Shown: positions 40,336 through 54,243 of the stretch, piece after piece
Layout: every line of letters begins with the position of its first letter
Position numbering within the stretch: position 1 is the stretch's first letter
Assembly: GCA_964016885.1 (NCBI GenBank)
Contig: OZ024748.1
Location: forward strand, 57,970,001 to 58,034,000
DNA length: 64,000 bases
Origin: Eledone cirrhosa
Lineage: Eukaryota
Direction: 5' to 3'
The notes under the pieces: generated by a model
Told to the model about the DNA's origin: nothing
Seen by the model: the letters and a program-made list of their open reading frames with translations, nothing else
Databases searched by the model: none
Translations under genes and position numbers: made by a program

Positions 40336-41256
40336 AGAAACTTGTTATAATGTCATAATAGTTCCTTTGTTCTTTTTCATTAATATATATATATATATAT
40401 ATATACTGCAGTTGTTCTGGGTCGCTTAACACCCCAAACACAGCGAGGCTCCATATAGTTAATGATATTGCAACAGATATTAGGAACTCAATTCATATGC
40501 ATGTTTCAATCTTCTCACAATAAGCGTACCACCCTGTTTCCCTGACGATATGCCTACCTTCCCCCCAATCTACCTATGAACCTCGATGTCTATGTATTAT
40601 TTATTAGCCTATAAAAATCTCTATCTCTCTGACTAAGTATATACATATCTATCTATCTACCTAACAAAGTTCGTGTCTACCTAACTAAATGTTTAGATGT
40701 ATGACAGTTGTAATAACGGTCTTTATCTATTTATATATATATTGATGGATGTATCTATCTCCGTGAAAGGCCAATATTAACAACTTAGTATAGATTCCTA
40801 TGGGTTAAATCAAAGATCGATACATGGATTGGTGGATGGATGTACATGTATATAAAACCATCGCAATTTACTAGATATATGGATATTCATAACTATAGAT
40901 CGTATGGGAGAAAAGTATTGTAAACATAAAATGAAATACGAGGATTGGTTGTAGGTAAAGGAAGACTGAGGATTCAATCAAGTTCACAGATATTGCTGTA
41001 ATCATACAGTTATTATATCATACAGTTATTATATCATACAGTTATTATATTATTATTTACTAAACTTGAATATGATGCTTGAATAATAATACTGCACTCC
41101 TCATACATACGTGTCTAATGTGTTTGTAGGCCACAACATCAGTAACAGTCACTAACGTATATTTTACAATAATTATATTATATATGAATGCATGCATGCT
41201 CACGCATGTGTAATATAGAGGTGGTATGGTATGCACACCCACCCACAACCACACAT

Positions 41257-41322
<66 letters not shown>

Positions 41323-41325
<3 letters not shown>

Positions 41326-41595
41326 CACATTTCGCTCTACATGGCTGAATACAATATATGTAATCTGAGTTTTACAATATTAATAATAATATTCGATTCG
41401 TTTGCAATTACGCAAGCAAGCCTCAATGTTATAGCCATGTCAGTAGAATGAACACTTCATTCTTGCTCTTGTGTTGGCATGCGAACCTGCATGCCAACAC
41501 AAGAGCAAGAATGAAGTGTTCATTCTACTGACATGGCTATAACATTGAGGCTTGCTTGCATAATTCGAATAATATTCGAAAAACTCAGATTACAT
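41323..41595. mobile_element. Fold-back insert in (TA)n with 71-bp perfect stem
   Basis: 41412-41482 pairs perfectly with 41489-41559 around loop GAACCT. Outer stem 41358-41373/41580-41595; ~35-bp one-sided tail. Confidence 0.85.
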
Positions 41596-41778
41596 TTATT
41601 ATATATATATATATTATTAGAAATGTAAGCCATCGCCGCATTTTGATTAAAGATATTAAAGAAATTATTTAGCCTGATAGTGGGGTTAAGAACCCTCAGA
41701 GAAATGGAAAAAGATGAGTATTGACGTACATATATATAAATATACGCGATTATACGCGAGTCCTTTGCTCCGTTATTT

Positions 41779-41855
<77 letters not shown>

Positions 41856-43753
41856 AGAGAGATTACAATTTAGTAATTGTATCAATAAATAGAAAGATTC
41901 GTTTAGTAATATGCTTAAATTACAATTTTCATCATCAAATCATGATTTTATGAATGACATTCTATATTTTACACAATTTATAAATCATTAAAAATTACTG
42001 AATGAAATCCTCAGGTAGTTTAATTCTATTATCGGAATGATACAAGACTAACGTCAATAATTCTCATTTGTAACATACTTAATAATTGATACAGTTAACA
42101 TGATAACATGATAGGATTCACCTTTATATGACCACATTGCTACACTCACTGCATAATTAAAAACGGGAAATCGACAAATCGTTTAACGCACGCAATCTTT
42201 TTCATGCTGTATTTTGATGCACTATTTACAGAAAGTCGCCATTTGCTTGCATAACAATATTTATATTAATATAACGTGATACGACTATTCTATAATACAT
42301 GATACATCCTGCAATCTGATAATTCTTTCGATATATGTGTCAACATCTTTGTTAGAGTACTTCAGTAATGTGTGTATATATCAATATTTATGTGCAGCAG
42401 ATACTACGAGGTCTATATCTAACGTAGACTAAACTAGCATTTAACCAAATGGGAAGAATAACTGATCCTCTAATTACAAATCGAATAACAAAAAAGATGG
42501 TTAGTATATACTAAAAAATTGAATAACAAAAATACGGTTAGTATATGCTTCGCATACGCACTTCATTTGAGATTCAATGACATATTCAGTATATATCATT
42601 CTACGTGGTCCATCTATCTGAGATCTCATCGAGAAGCAACCAATATATTCAACAACGATGGCTATGTTTCAGTGTCAACAGTAAAATATCGGGATAATAC
42701 AATACAAATAATTGCACATTACAAGGAAATATGACATTTCGAATCTGTATATAAACAATTCTTCACCTTCAGTTACCACACGCATGGTCGTAGGAAATAT
42801 AACTGGTCAGATGTCGGTTGGAGGATGGGCTTTGGAGAATCTTTCATCAACAGATCCCTGAACTTAAGAAGTGAGTGTGTAGAGTGTTGCATAGACATGG
42901 ATCCTACTTACTAAATCCAATAGGGTAGACATTGTAATTACAGGTGTCATCAAAGTTTCAACTTCCAAACAGTTCTCGTCTGAGCACTTACACGTACAAG
43001 TTTTAGACCGATGAGAGACAATAGTTTCTAACATTTGACCAGGTTTCGTGGCAGTGAGTGGAATCTACTGACGAAACGAATTCTTAAACATTTCACTATG
43101 CTGTCTCCACAGTGAAAGTATTGCATTTCGTAGCAATAACTTGAAAATAAATCATTTTAGGGATATTGAGACGATTCAACTGTATCACCTATTGAATAAA
43201 TGTATTTTAAATAATTCCAAATTCACATAGGGTTATAATGGACGAAATGGCAGAGTGCTACTTGAATAAAGCACATCTTTATTTCCGTAGATTGCTGCTG
43301 GGGGTATATGTACGCTAATACCTAAATGTATGCGGATGTGTGTGTGCGTGTAGATGTGTATGTCCAAATATATATGGTTAGATTTGTGTGTATATCTGAG
43401 AGAGAGAAATAATGTGCGAGTGAGAGAGAGAAGGTTTGTGAGTGTTTGTGTGTGTGTGTGCATGCGCGTAAATTCCATAAGGCCAGTGTCTTACGTTTCA
43501 TACCTACTTATGACAGCACACACTCCAAAGTTTGCATTGTGGAATATATATTTTTTAAGAGAGACATTGATAAGAATTAATGGAACTGACGAACGAGATA
43601 TTGCCACACGGAATGCCTTAAAACCAATAAAGCAAGCAGAATTTGAAGTTGTATCAGCAAACTTGAAAGGGTATAGGGTTAATTGAAACTGTGTTGTCCC
43701 CTACATATTACATGTACCAAAGGGAAACATGCATCAGTGTCTCTTCATATGCA

Positions 43754-43757
<4 letters not shown>

Positions 43758-43785
<28 letters not shown>

Positions 43786-43891
43786 CAGTATATATATATA
43801 TATATATATACAGTATATATATATATATATACAGTATATATATATATATATATATATATACAGTATATATATATATATATATATATATACA

Positions 43892-43926
<35 letters not shown>

Positions 43927-44047
43927 ATATATATATATATATATACAATATATATATATATATATATACAGTATATATATATATATATATATATACAATA
44001 TATATATATATATATATACAGTATATATATATATATATATATATACA

Positions 44048-44089
<42 letters not shown>

Positions 44090-44132
44090 TTGTGTGTACA
44101 TTATGCACACATATATTTATGTGTATATGTGC

Positions 44133-44165
<33 letters not shown>

Positions 44166-44275
44166 CATATATGTATATATATATATACATATACATATAT
44201 GTGTATATATATATATGTGCATATATGTGTATATATATATGTGTGTGTGTTTATTTATATAAATATATATACGCA

Positions 44276-44306
<31 letters not shown>

Positions 44307-44331
44307 ATATGTATATATATACATGTGTGCA

Positions 44332-44371
<40 letters not shown>

Positions 44372-44421
44372 CATATATGTGTATACATATACATATATAT
44401 ATGTATGTGCATATATGTATA

Positions 44422-44454
<33 letters not shown>

Positions 44455-44472
44455 GTGTGTGCATATATGTGT

Positions 44473-44514
<42 letters not shown>

Positions 44515-44567
44515 ATGTGCATATATGTGTATACATATATATATATATATATATATATGGATGAGCA

Positions 44568-44618
<51 letters not shown>

Positions 44619-44666
44619 ACATATATGTGTGTATATATATACATCTATATGTGCATATATATATAA

Positions 44667-44702
<36 letters not shown>
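43758..44702. repeat. Long compound TA microsatellite with CAG/CAA and GTGTGC interruptions
   Basis: Direct read. Confidence 0.95.
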
Positions 44703-44706
<4 letters not shown>

Positions 44707-45175
44707 AAACGAGTTGATGGATTCGTGGATCCATAGAATGCTATCATTGCCCAAATGAATTCTCCGGCATGAAGTTATTAAATATTTAATATACTACGTA
44801 TCTCGTCTTATCCCATTCGACATAGAGACGAGGAATAGACTGAGAATCTACTCATCTTCCCTAATAAGTGGTTACATTATATACAACTTGACAAAACAAA
44901 TAGCTACGTGAAAGAAACCCTCACACGCACACACGAACACACGCACACACACATACACAAACATACATATATATATAAGGTAAGAAAGAATCAGTGTTGC
45001 ATCGTATGCATATTTACTTACATATTACATATAGATATGTTTCGCTTAGGATCAGCTCGAGTAATGATAGATTAAATAACGATCCTGACTCTGGAATAGT
45101 AACTCCTCTGATATGAGTTCACATGTAGACTTGCACCTCTAATACCTATATATATATACACACACACACATATAT

Positions 45176-45240
<65 letters not shown>

Positions 45241-45884
45241 TATGCATAAACTGTAACACTTTCAAAGGAGCATTGAGCGAATTATGAATTTCGGATATAT
45301 ATTAGCTTGAAGTTGTAGACTTCAAAGCGGATTTTATAGTATACAAATTAATAGGCATTGAAGATCATATACACATAAATGTATGTCTGTATGCTTGTAT
45401 GTGTGTGTGTGTGCGTATGTAGAATCGTATTTATTTAATTATTAACATTTAATAAAATAATCTATAGAATTTGATCAATACATTTAGAATTCTAGCAAAA
45501 TGAGTGTTCAGGCATCTCACCCATGATTTTCCATTATTAACCTTTAATTTTGTATATTCTCATCCCATTTTAGACACACATGAACGTCTCAATTACATAA
45601 TACTGCCACACAAGGAATGATGTTGTGACCTTGACAGTGACGTGATATCAACGAGGCAGTGATATAACATTTCATTAAATGAAGTTAACGATATATTTCT
45701 TACATACCGGGTCGATAAATAAAGCACCATTAATGCACTGGAGGCGATTTAATCGACATTATGCTTCCATTGAAAATGTTGCTCTCTACAAGAGGTCAAA
45801 ATATCAATGTACATGATATGAAATGAAAGTTAGGAACATTCATTCACATATTCAGCGACTTTGATATATATCGTGTTCCCACAG

Positions 45885-46058
45885 TCAACGTTTCTCAGTT
45901 CCTTAATGTTCGAAGTTCAAATTCTACCGATGTTAGCTTTGTCTTTCTTTATGGGATTGATAAAATAAAGTGCCACGAAGACATTGATGTCAATTTAATA
46001 GACTTCTCTCTGCCACATAAATTGTTTACAATGTGCCTTAATCAGAAACCGTTATAAT
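45885..46058 (+). mobile_element. Old SINE of the dominant lineage
   Basis: AAGTTCAAATTC B box and GATAAAATAAAGTGCCA body. A partial copy also lies at 45706-45790. Confidence 0.6.
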
Positions 46059-48009
46059 TAAATTATGCTATAATGAAAATCTAGTTTGTACCTGAAAATT
46101 AATTATTTTAACGAGGATAATTTAACTGAGCTTACCTTGTTATTTGATTAAATAGATTGTTCTCGAAGAATGTGATATCAACCACTCATCCTATATATGT
46201 ATCCAAACAGCATCCGAACAGTCGTGTATATCACGTGGGGATATCTGCGAAATAAAAGTAAATGTTACTCAATGTAGAAAATATGGAATTAATTGTATTT
46301 TGAAAATATTATATGTTCATAGTTTTGTTTTATTGAGCTTCAAACATTAATTTAGAATGACTTATGTACGACCTTAAATATATTTATTATTTACGAATAA
46401 ATTTCTGATAAAATTATATATTGTTACGGGCAGGGTCATAATTTCGGATACAAATTCTGGTATGAAAGACATATGAGGGTGAGGAAGTAATTTCTTCATG
46501 AAAGGGATGTGTATATATGGATCTCGCTCTCTTGACAGAGAGACGCGCACAGATGTGAATATAAATGTGTATCTATGCCCGTCTGTGTATACATATATAT
46601 GAGTGTGTATTTTCTTTATTAATTTCCATAAAATTATCAATTCACACAATACAGAATTTTCTATGGCTTAATTCAAACAATCGCACATGAAATACAAATA
46701 TCTGCTTTAAATTCAATTTCATAATTGTTTCTAATTAAATTTCCGTTAACGCAGCTCATGAAACAAGAATATATAAAAAAATAGACAAAAATAAACACAA
46801 AATCTAAATTGGCAAAATAATCAAATTTAAATATACAAACAACGTGTGTTTGCTCCAGAATTCCTCCACTGCAGAGTAATCTAATATTAATCAATATGTA
46901 AAAGATAATCATTTTTAACATAATACAATTAAAATGTCGGGAAGAGAGAAAGCAGCAGGTAATAATATGGGGTGAAGCTGGTAGTGGAACGATCCTTTTC
47001 TCGGCTAAGGAGCAGCAGAGAGGAGGTATGATGGGACCCAGAAAGGGAAGTTAATGAGCAGTGATTTGATCAGGATCGCCGACCTATGAAGAGAAGATTA
47101 GGATTCAAGGTTGAATTACCCAATGAATGTTTAACAACGTCTAATGATATTACATCCTTTGGCAAAGGATATATTAAACAAAAAGGAAATGAATGTGAGG
47201 CAACACCTTGTCTTGACGTTATCCCTATATATCTAAACAATTGAATGAATTTAAAAGGGCTGGTTATTCTCCACAAAACTGATAGAACTCCACCCAGAAT
47301 GATGGAAAGAAATGCATTGATTTGACTGTGTTTTAGTTTTAGGTATATCCCTGAGATTTGTTCTTGGGGACTGTATGGGTGAACGTCCAAAGTTGTCAGT
47401 CCCACTGGATACCTACTGATCACATTAAGATATCCGCCATAAACGAAACATCCGAAGTGAATTAAAACATTGATGGTCTATCTATATTCAGCCTACAGGT
47501 GGATGCCTCTGCATATAAAGGAGTAATGTTGTATCGCCAGAATTGTATGAAAATGGTCTTTATATGTATGGAAACAGTGTCTTGGTTATGAGATATATAA
47601 AGATACTTCTATCTGTTAAAGGTGGGCAAGGATAAACTAAACATATATAAAGACAATCTTTATTAGATATCTATTCAAATACATCAAATATGATTTCTTG
47701 TGTTATCACAATACAATATATATATACTGGCAGACGTATTAATTATTCACACTTGGTTACATTACTTAAACAAAGAGTTGCATCTTATGTACGGCTTGAG
47801 TAGAACCGTCTTAGTTATGGACTGACTTATCGAAATCTGATAAATCATTGATAATTTGAACAACTGAAGTGTGACACTTTCCTAACGCGACTGACATCTA
47901 ACGTCCGAATTAACTATTGTGTGGTAGTACTTTGTTTGCATTCTCAGTTTGTCATAAAAATTGATTATTTCGCCACAAAAATAATGATAATATACAGAGA
48001 CTATACTCA

Positions 48010-48262
48010 GGTGTAAGCATCTGTCCAAGTGGTAAGGGCATTGGACATATTATTGTAATGCCGTGGGTTGGATTCCTGGACTGGGTTGCGTGTTGTGTTC
48101 TTCAGCAAATACCCAATTTCAATTTGTTCGATTATACACAGCTGGAAATGAGTACCAGCAAATGCTGGGGGTTTACTCCTGCGATGGAGTAGAGTCTTGT
48201 CCAGTAGGGAGTCTTGTACACTCAGTTGCTTCACTGCCATGAAGGTGGGATAAGCACCGGTT
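48010..48262 (+). mobile_element. tRNA SINE with a V-domain-like central motif
   Basis: GTCCAAGTGGTAAGGGC (A box), GGTTGGATTCC (B box) and CCTGCGATGGAGTAG..TCTTGTCCAG. Confidence 0.7.
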
Positions 48263-48927
48263 TAACGCGCTACATGCAGCGCACGAGGGCATACATACAT
48301 ACATACACAGGTATGACATGTCTCACATGCAATTGATTAGCCGTAGCAATCTCATATTGAGAGAGAATATGTTTAAACAATGTATTGGTAATATATTGGT
48401 AATATATTGGAAATATATTGGTATCGTATGTAAGAAGGGGGAAATTACTAATATTTCTTACCAAATCCCCAAAGTAGATTTGAAACATTTAAAGTTAATA
48501 CTTCTGATTTCATGCCTCTGCTTTACGTAAGTTATGAAAAGTATATGAATCAAGTTAAAAGTGATACAACTAGTAGAGAAACAGTGGTCGATCTCACGAG
48601 GTGCATTAACTAAAATTAAAGACAGGCATAACTTTGCGAATGGAATGTGTTAGACTGAAATTGTACTTATACCATTTGGGGTATTTTTCATTCAATTAAT
48701 TCAGACTGAAGTTTGACAAATACTATGTGAAGCGTATTAACCTATAGACATAATTGAATACTGCTCATATTTGTTAATTAGCCTGTAAATTGGAAGTTAA
48801 TTTAACGTGTCGCATTCTTCTGTGTCTCCAACAAATATATTGACATCGTTCCCAGACGATTTAGGATCCATCACTTCATTATATGAGTACATGTATACTG
48901 ACATATATATATATATGTGCGGGTGTC

Positions 48928-48972
<45 letters not shown>

Positions 48973-49169
48973 CTTATCTCGTTTGTGATCCTGCTTCTAT
49001 TGTGTACGCCTGAAGAAGGGCTAAAGCGAGCCAGGTCGAAATCCTTTTCCATTTTCCATATAAAGCATGGAAACTAAGAAGACTTGTTGTACCTCTGTTT
49101 ATTGCCCCATCCAACTATAAATATGTCATAAAATGCTGTAGTTTGCTTGAAGCATTTTATATAATATAT

Positions 49170-49421
49170 AACTTTGAAAGAGATAGAAGGTTAAACAATG
49201 CAAAATGGACTGAAAGATGAGGTAACGAAAAGTAAGTTACATGGTAATATGTGTTGTCTTCTGTAGTTGTTTTTTTTCTGTCCAATATTTCGGGACCTAA
49301 AAATTCTTTCTTCGGGGTTTAAAGAATTTCAGAGGATAATTTACAAATTATCTAAAACAAAGATTACCATGTAACTTACTTTTCGTTGCCTTATCTTACA
49401 GTCCATATTGCCTTGTATCTC
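49170..49421. mobile_element. TA-flanked insert with 49-bp inverted arms
   Basis: 49200-49248 matches the reverse complement of 49363-49411 (about 4 mismatches). Confidence 0.7.
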
Positions 49422-49522
49422 ATATATATATATATATATATATAGTATTAAGGGTACTATTTATGGTTATGTATGGAATAAAACCTTTAATGGTAATATA
49501 TTATATATAGATCAGTAAATAG

Positions 49523-49571
49523 TTGCTCCGAAGAATCCAAACCTCGGTCAGGAGGAAACAATTGTAAGCAA
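49523..49571 (+). ncRNA. Minimal type I hammerhead ribozyme-like motif
   Basis: TTGCT-CcGAAGA-aTCC...GGAg-GAAAC-AATT-GTA-AGCAA: stem I TTGCT/AGCAA, palindromic ACAATTGT, GUA triplet, U4>C. Confidence 0.7.
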
Positions 49572-49602
49572 ATAAATGACTTAAACTGAACTTTGATTAT
49601 TG

Positions 49603-49682
<80 letters not shown>

Positions 49683-50155
49683 GTATATGGGGGTGAGTGG
49701 GTGAAAGAGAGATAGTGCACTCGTATAGCTTTAACAGAACTTTACTTTATGAAATATTAATAATTAATTACCAGGTTTAGATTAAACTGATGTTATGGGA
49801 GAAGCCACTTGATCACTTTGCAATACTGTCATCGAATCGGAAATGACTTAGCTTTGAGTGAATAACCTGATCCATGCGGCCACGATTGTGTTCATCTCAA
49901 TAGGCTTTACCAAATAAAGAATGATCTGTTAACAGACATTCAATGTGTCGAGAGAAGATATCTGTAAACGTCTAAGTTAAAGTCCAGGCATATACAATTT
50001 GACTCAGAATGGTGAAAATGAGATATTCTAGTGGCTAACATAACATACAGTTTCCCTGAGATAGATCAGAAGAAAGTCATCACTAGAGATACAATTTAGC
50101 GTCAATGGGGACTTAATATATATTCTTTGTACTTATTCCATTCACACACACACAC

Positions 50156-50189
<34 letters not shown>

Positions 50190-50250
50190 CAAGGAAACAA
50201 TGAACAGAGGTACAGAAAGTCTTATTAGGTTCACGTTATATATGGAAAAA

Positions 50251-50298
<48 letters not shown>

Positions 50299-51482
50299 TA
50301 TATCGAAAAATAGAGATAGAAAACGAGAAAATCTGAATGACCGAAGCTTTTGAAAGTCAGATTAAAGTTTTGCTGCATTCCGAATGATGGATATAAGATG
50401 AGACTGGTTTTAACGATATTGTTGTAGTTAGGATAATTCCTCAAGGATATATTCTATAAATGTCTTACGAAATACGGTATGATGAATTGGATATCTATAA
50501 ATGTGATAGTGAAGACAATATGTAAACGGAAAAATCAACGCCAAATGTAATAAGCAGAAAATAAATAGAAATTCTATGGACTTGCAGATGATATGGAAAT
50601 GTGTTATAACCATTATCAAAGGGAACACTTTTTTTCTTAGCTAACGTAAATATAGATATTTTTGCATTCATACACAACGCAGATAAACGCTCCAACATAG
50701 CCATATATATCACATTGATCTCGTGGAGCATACAGATACGGACAGGAACATATAAACAGTATAAATATAAGTATCAGTATAGATTTATGGGTAGTATTCA
50801 CAGTATAGAAAGGCTCGTATGCATCTACAGAGGAATAGTAGCATATATTTCTAGAGTATTCTTTACTTATAAATTTATACATATATACGCACACACATAT
50901 TCAGTTACACACGAACATACACATGCACATATATATAAAGCATTGTGCATTGAATGAAAGTGAGCATATGTGTATATTTGGGTATGTATATATAACGGGT
51001 ATATATTTTATGCGAGTGTATGTAGTAATAAGTCTGCTATTTCTGTCAATATACAACTTTTAGATATGAATATACATCATACAAATATGTGTATGCAGAT
51101 ATATCTCAAAGGAATTAAGGTATATGGTTATGCTACAATGATCAGAACAATGGCAGCACTTGGGATAGTGATGTAGAAAGATATTTAATTTCATATAAAC
51201 ATATATATTCATACGTATGTTAATTTATATAAACGGGGAAAACACATAAACCACATTACTGATTCCTGACAACAAATACTGGTGGGGAATATCATTGAAT
51301 CATGCGGATATCTAGTAATACATTTACATGGATCAGTATTGCCGTCTAAATATGATTTTACTATTTCCAACAGAATGTATTTAAAGGAAAGCAGTCTATT
51401 ATGTCAAATTGGACCTAGCGCCAGTAATTCCAATTACATTGTCTTCATCCATCCCCCCCTCTCTCTCCCTCCCTATCTCTCT

Positions 51483-51541
<59 letters not shown>

Positions 51542-52639
51542 GTGCATGTGTGTGTATAAATGTATGGGCATATAATGTAAGTAGGATTATATATATATAT
51601 ATATATGTGTATGTGTTGGGTGTATGCGTGTACGTATATGTCCATAGCCGTTTTGTATTATTGGAATTTATAGGGATAGAATAGCTTTCATATATTTCCG
51701 TATGATGTTTGACATATATTATCAATAAATGAATATTGTTCCATTCACTAACTCATGGCCGTATACTGTACATATTTCGTCTTTCTCCTATGCATCCATC
51801 AAACAACAGTGTATTATATATTTCAAGTAGTGAACACTGACAAAACACCAACACTAAAATCAACGTTTGGCTCATTACAAATCGTTGAAATCCCGTCATT
51901 GATTTTTAACGATCGCTAGCAAAAGCTGCTAGGAGTCAATAACAATGATACTCAATTCAATATTCGATTTCTAATAGCAATAATAACAAATCTGCTATCA
52001 GTGATAACGTTCTCTCGCAACGTTTCTTTCCTTTCCACCTTCAAAAACAATAACATCTACAAGAGCAAACTTCTCTGCTACAGCATTTATTACAAATCGT
52101 ACCGATACACAACAAATGTGGCAAACAGAATATTGCACAATGATGTAGAAGGGGGAATACATTCGTAATTGAAAGATGAGGCTGAGAATTGTTAGTTGTT
52201 AAAGTGGGGCGATGGGTATGACGGAAGCTAGAAGTGAGAATATTTGGTGAAAACAGAGAAAAGCAGTAGAAAACGGAAAGAAAAGAATTAATATAAAATC
52301 CAAAGACAGTCTGTTCTATGTTAGATAGGAATCAGTTTTGAATGAGGCACCAGGAATATATAAGTAGAGAATTGGCATATTTTCTGTCTGAAATAAGTCG
52401 TTAGATAAATGGTTTTCTGTTTAGATTATGCATTCACATGCGTGGTCAAGTGTGCATTACATCTAATGTATGTATGTTCCCGTAACTCCTGATATATTCG
52501 TATAGGCGCCGTATCGACAGACGGCGTTTCTAGGGTATTTTAAGCGAGACGGAGCCCATCCTTCTCCAGGCCTGAGTACAGTTTATTTCTTCAAGAGAAA
52601 AATTAGAAAGTAAGAGAGAGGAAATGAGAAAGCACTTCA

Positions 52640-52760
52640 CTGATACTTTTTTATCGACTTCGAAAGAATAAATGCAACGTTGATCTGGGCGGGATTTGAA
52701 CTCAGAGCCGGAACGAATAAAGCTTTCCATCCAACGTTCTAATGCCTCTGCCTATTAACC
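52640..52760 (-). mobile_element. Diverged SINE
   Basis: GGCGGGATTTGAACTCAGA and TTTTATCGAC on the plus strand. Confidence 0.6.
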
Positions 52761-52852
52761 CTCTACTTTCATCTATTAACTTTAGTTCAAATAAATTACT
52801 GACAATGTATTAGGGTTTATTTGATGACATTGTAACTAGTACGGAAGTTAGA

Positions 52853-53045
52853 AATAATTGTTTTTACTTTTGGCACAAGGCCAGCAATAACCCAGTGCAT
52901 TACTGGTACTTTATTTTATCGACCCCGTAAGGATGAAAGGCAAAGTTAACCTCGGCGGGATTTCAACTCAGAATGGCAAGGACCGTAACTCTATGCGTCA
53001 AAGCATGGCGTCCAACCCTCTACCGATGCTGTCAATCTACCGCCT
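52853..53045 (-). mobile_element. tRNA SINE, dominant family, full length
   Basis: Head to tail match with the other copies. Confidence 0.9.
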
Positions 53046-53770
53046 ATCTGCAATGAGTATATTGGGTATCTGAAGCTCATAAACCTATATAACATTCTGC
53101 TTATGGCATAATTAATTTCCAGCATTGCAATTCAATGTTATCCATCTTAGAAAACGTTTGCAATGCATTACAACGTGTAATATATTTTGGGGTCCCCGGT
53201 TGCAAGGGTCATTTCCTGGTTTGTTATATCCCATTATTATAAAAAAACACTATTATTTAATTAGATGTTTGGGTTTGTAGTCAGAAGTTTGATATTTCGA
53301 AATTTTCATATTCTTCAAGACATTTTCTTTAAATTTATCAGTTCATATAATTAAATCAACAGAGTATATATTTATTTTATTACACAAGCTTATCAAAGCA
53401 AACAAGTAAAAACAAATAACACTTATAAAGCAACTTATACACGTCAGAAATGACTGGATTTCCTGGATTTGCGGTTGTAGTCCAGGTCGCATTCCCGCAC
53501 TAGCCCCCATATATAGTTCCCCATCATTTCTTCATTGTAGTGGTTTTTGATATGAAATCGTTTGTCGAATCAAATATTGTTATACTTGGGGAGGGTCATA
53601 GTGTTGTAATAACACTGCCAGAAAGAATAACAGAACACACTCACTGTTTGGCTGGTTTTCGCTTCTGTATCTTTTATATCAGTTAATTCATTCGCTCCTC
53701 AATGTTTACCCTTGACTGACCAACGGTCAAAAATAGAGATATAATATAGATATAAACACATTTATATATA

Positions 53771-54103
53771 GTCTAACAAGGTTCTTTCGTTGCACATCTG
53801 CAACATCGTCAGTGGTGCTATTATGTTCCTCCTGTTGTATTGTATAGCTCCGCCATCTTTATTTTATCTGTTTATTTATTTATTCATATTTCTCTTAAGT
53901 CAGTATTGTTCGTTTGGGTCGTGTTGTTATTCCATTCATTTTTTTCTGTTGAGCTTTGGCCTTCTAGGTTCTATTCCACTTGCCTCTCTGATTTGCCTAT
54001 CTGCTGGGTCATTTCAATGTTTAGAAATTATTTTAATTTCTATGTTGTCAATGTTACCGTCATCTTGTTGTCTGGCGTGTTCGTGTAGTACTGAACCATA
54101 TTT
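53771..54103 (-). mobile_element. Penelope-like element 3' fragment (GIY-YIG C-terminus plus HHR)
   Basis: Minus strand reads SVLHEHARQQDDGNIDNIEIKIISKH*NDPADRQIREASGIEPRRPKLNRKNEW, followed by an HHR core. Short TA flanks. Confidence 0.75.
53772..53820 (-). ncRNA. Hammerhead-like motif
   Basis: CTGACGA-t-GTTGCA-GATG-TGCAAC-GAAA: perfect core and 6-bp stem II; stems I and III degraded. Confidence 0.6.
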
Positions 54104-54124
54104 ATATAGGTAGGTTATTCACGT

Positions 54125-54243
54125 TAGGAAGGAAGGGCTTCCAGCCGTAGAGATCTAGCCAGAAACAGTCATCTATGACCAATACATGGTCAATTAACGT
54201 CTAACCCATGCTAGCGTGGAAAAGGGATGTTGAACGATAATGA
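54125..54243 (+). mobile_element. 3' end of an RTE-related SINE/LINE
   Basis: GGAAGGGCTTCCAGCCGTAG...AACCCATGCTAGCGTGGAAAAGGGATGTT with a (GAT)-like tail. Confidence 0.55.

Larger units (their letters stand above)
39556..40385. mobile_element. PLE-type inverted pLTR pair (~215-bp arms) with one-sided tail, inside (TA)n
   Basis: Arms 39663-39876 and 40171-40385 differ at only a few positions and each carries an HHR. Tail at 39556-39662. Confidence 0.85.

Noticed and set aside
43683-44754. Overlapping Tyr/Ile ORFs up to 337 aa (also 58778-59995 and 31054-31543)
   Set aside because: TA microsatellites lack stop codons; artefacts.
47070-47560. 117-aa ORF or possible old LINE 3' end
   Set aside because: No motif I can identify with confidence.
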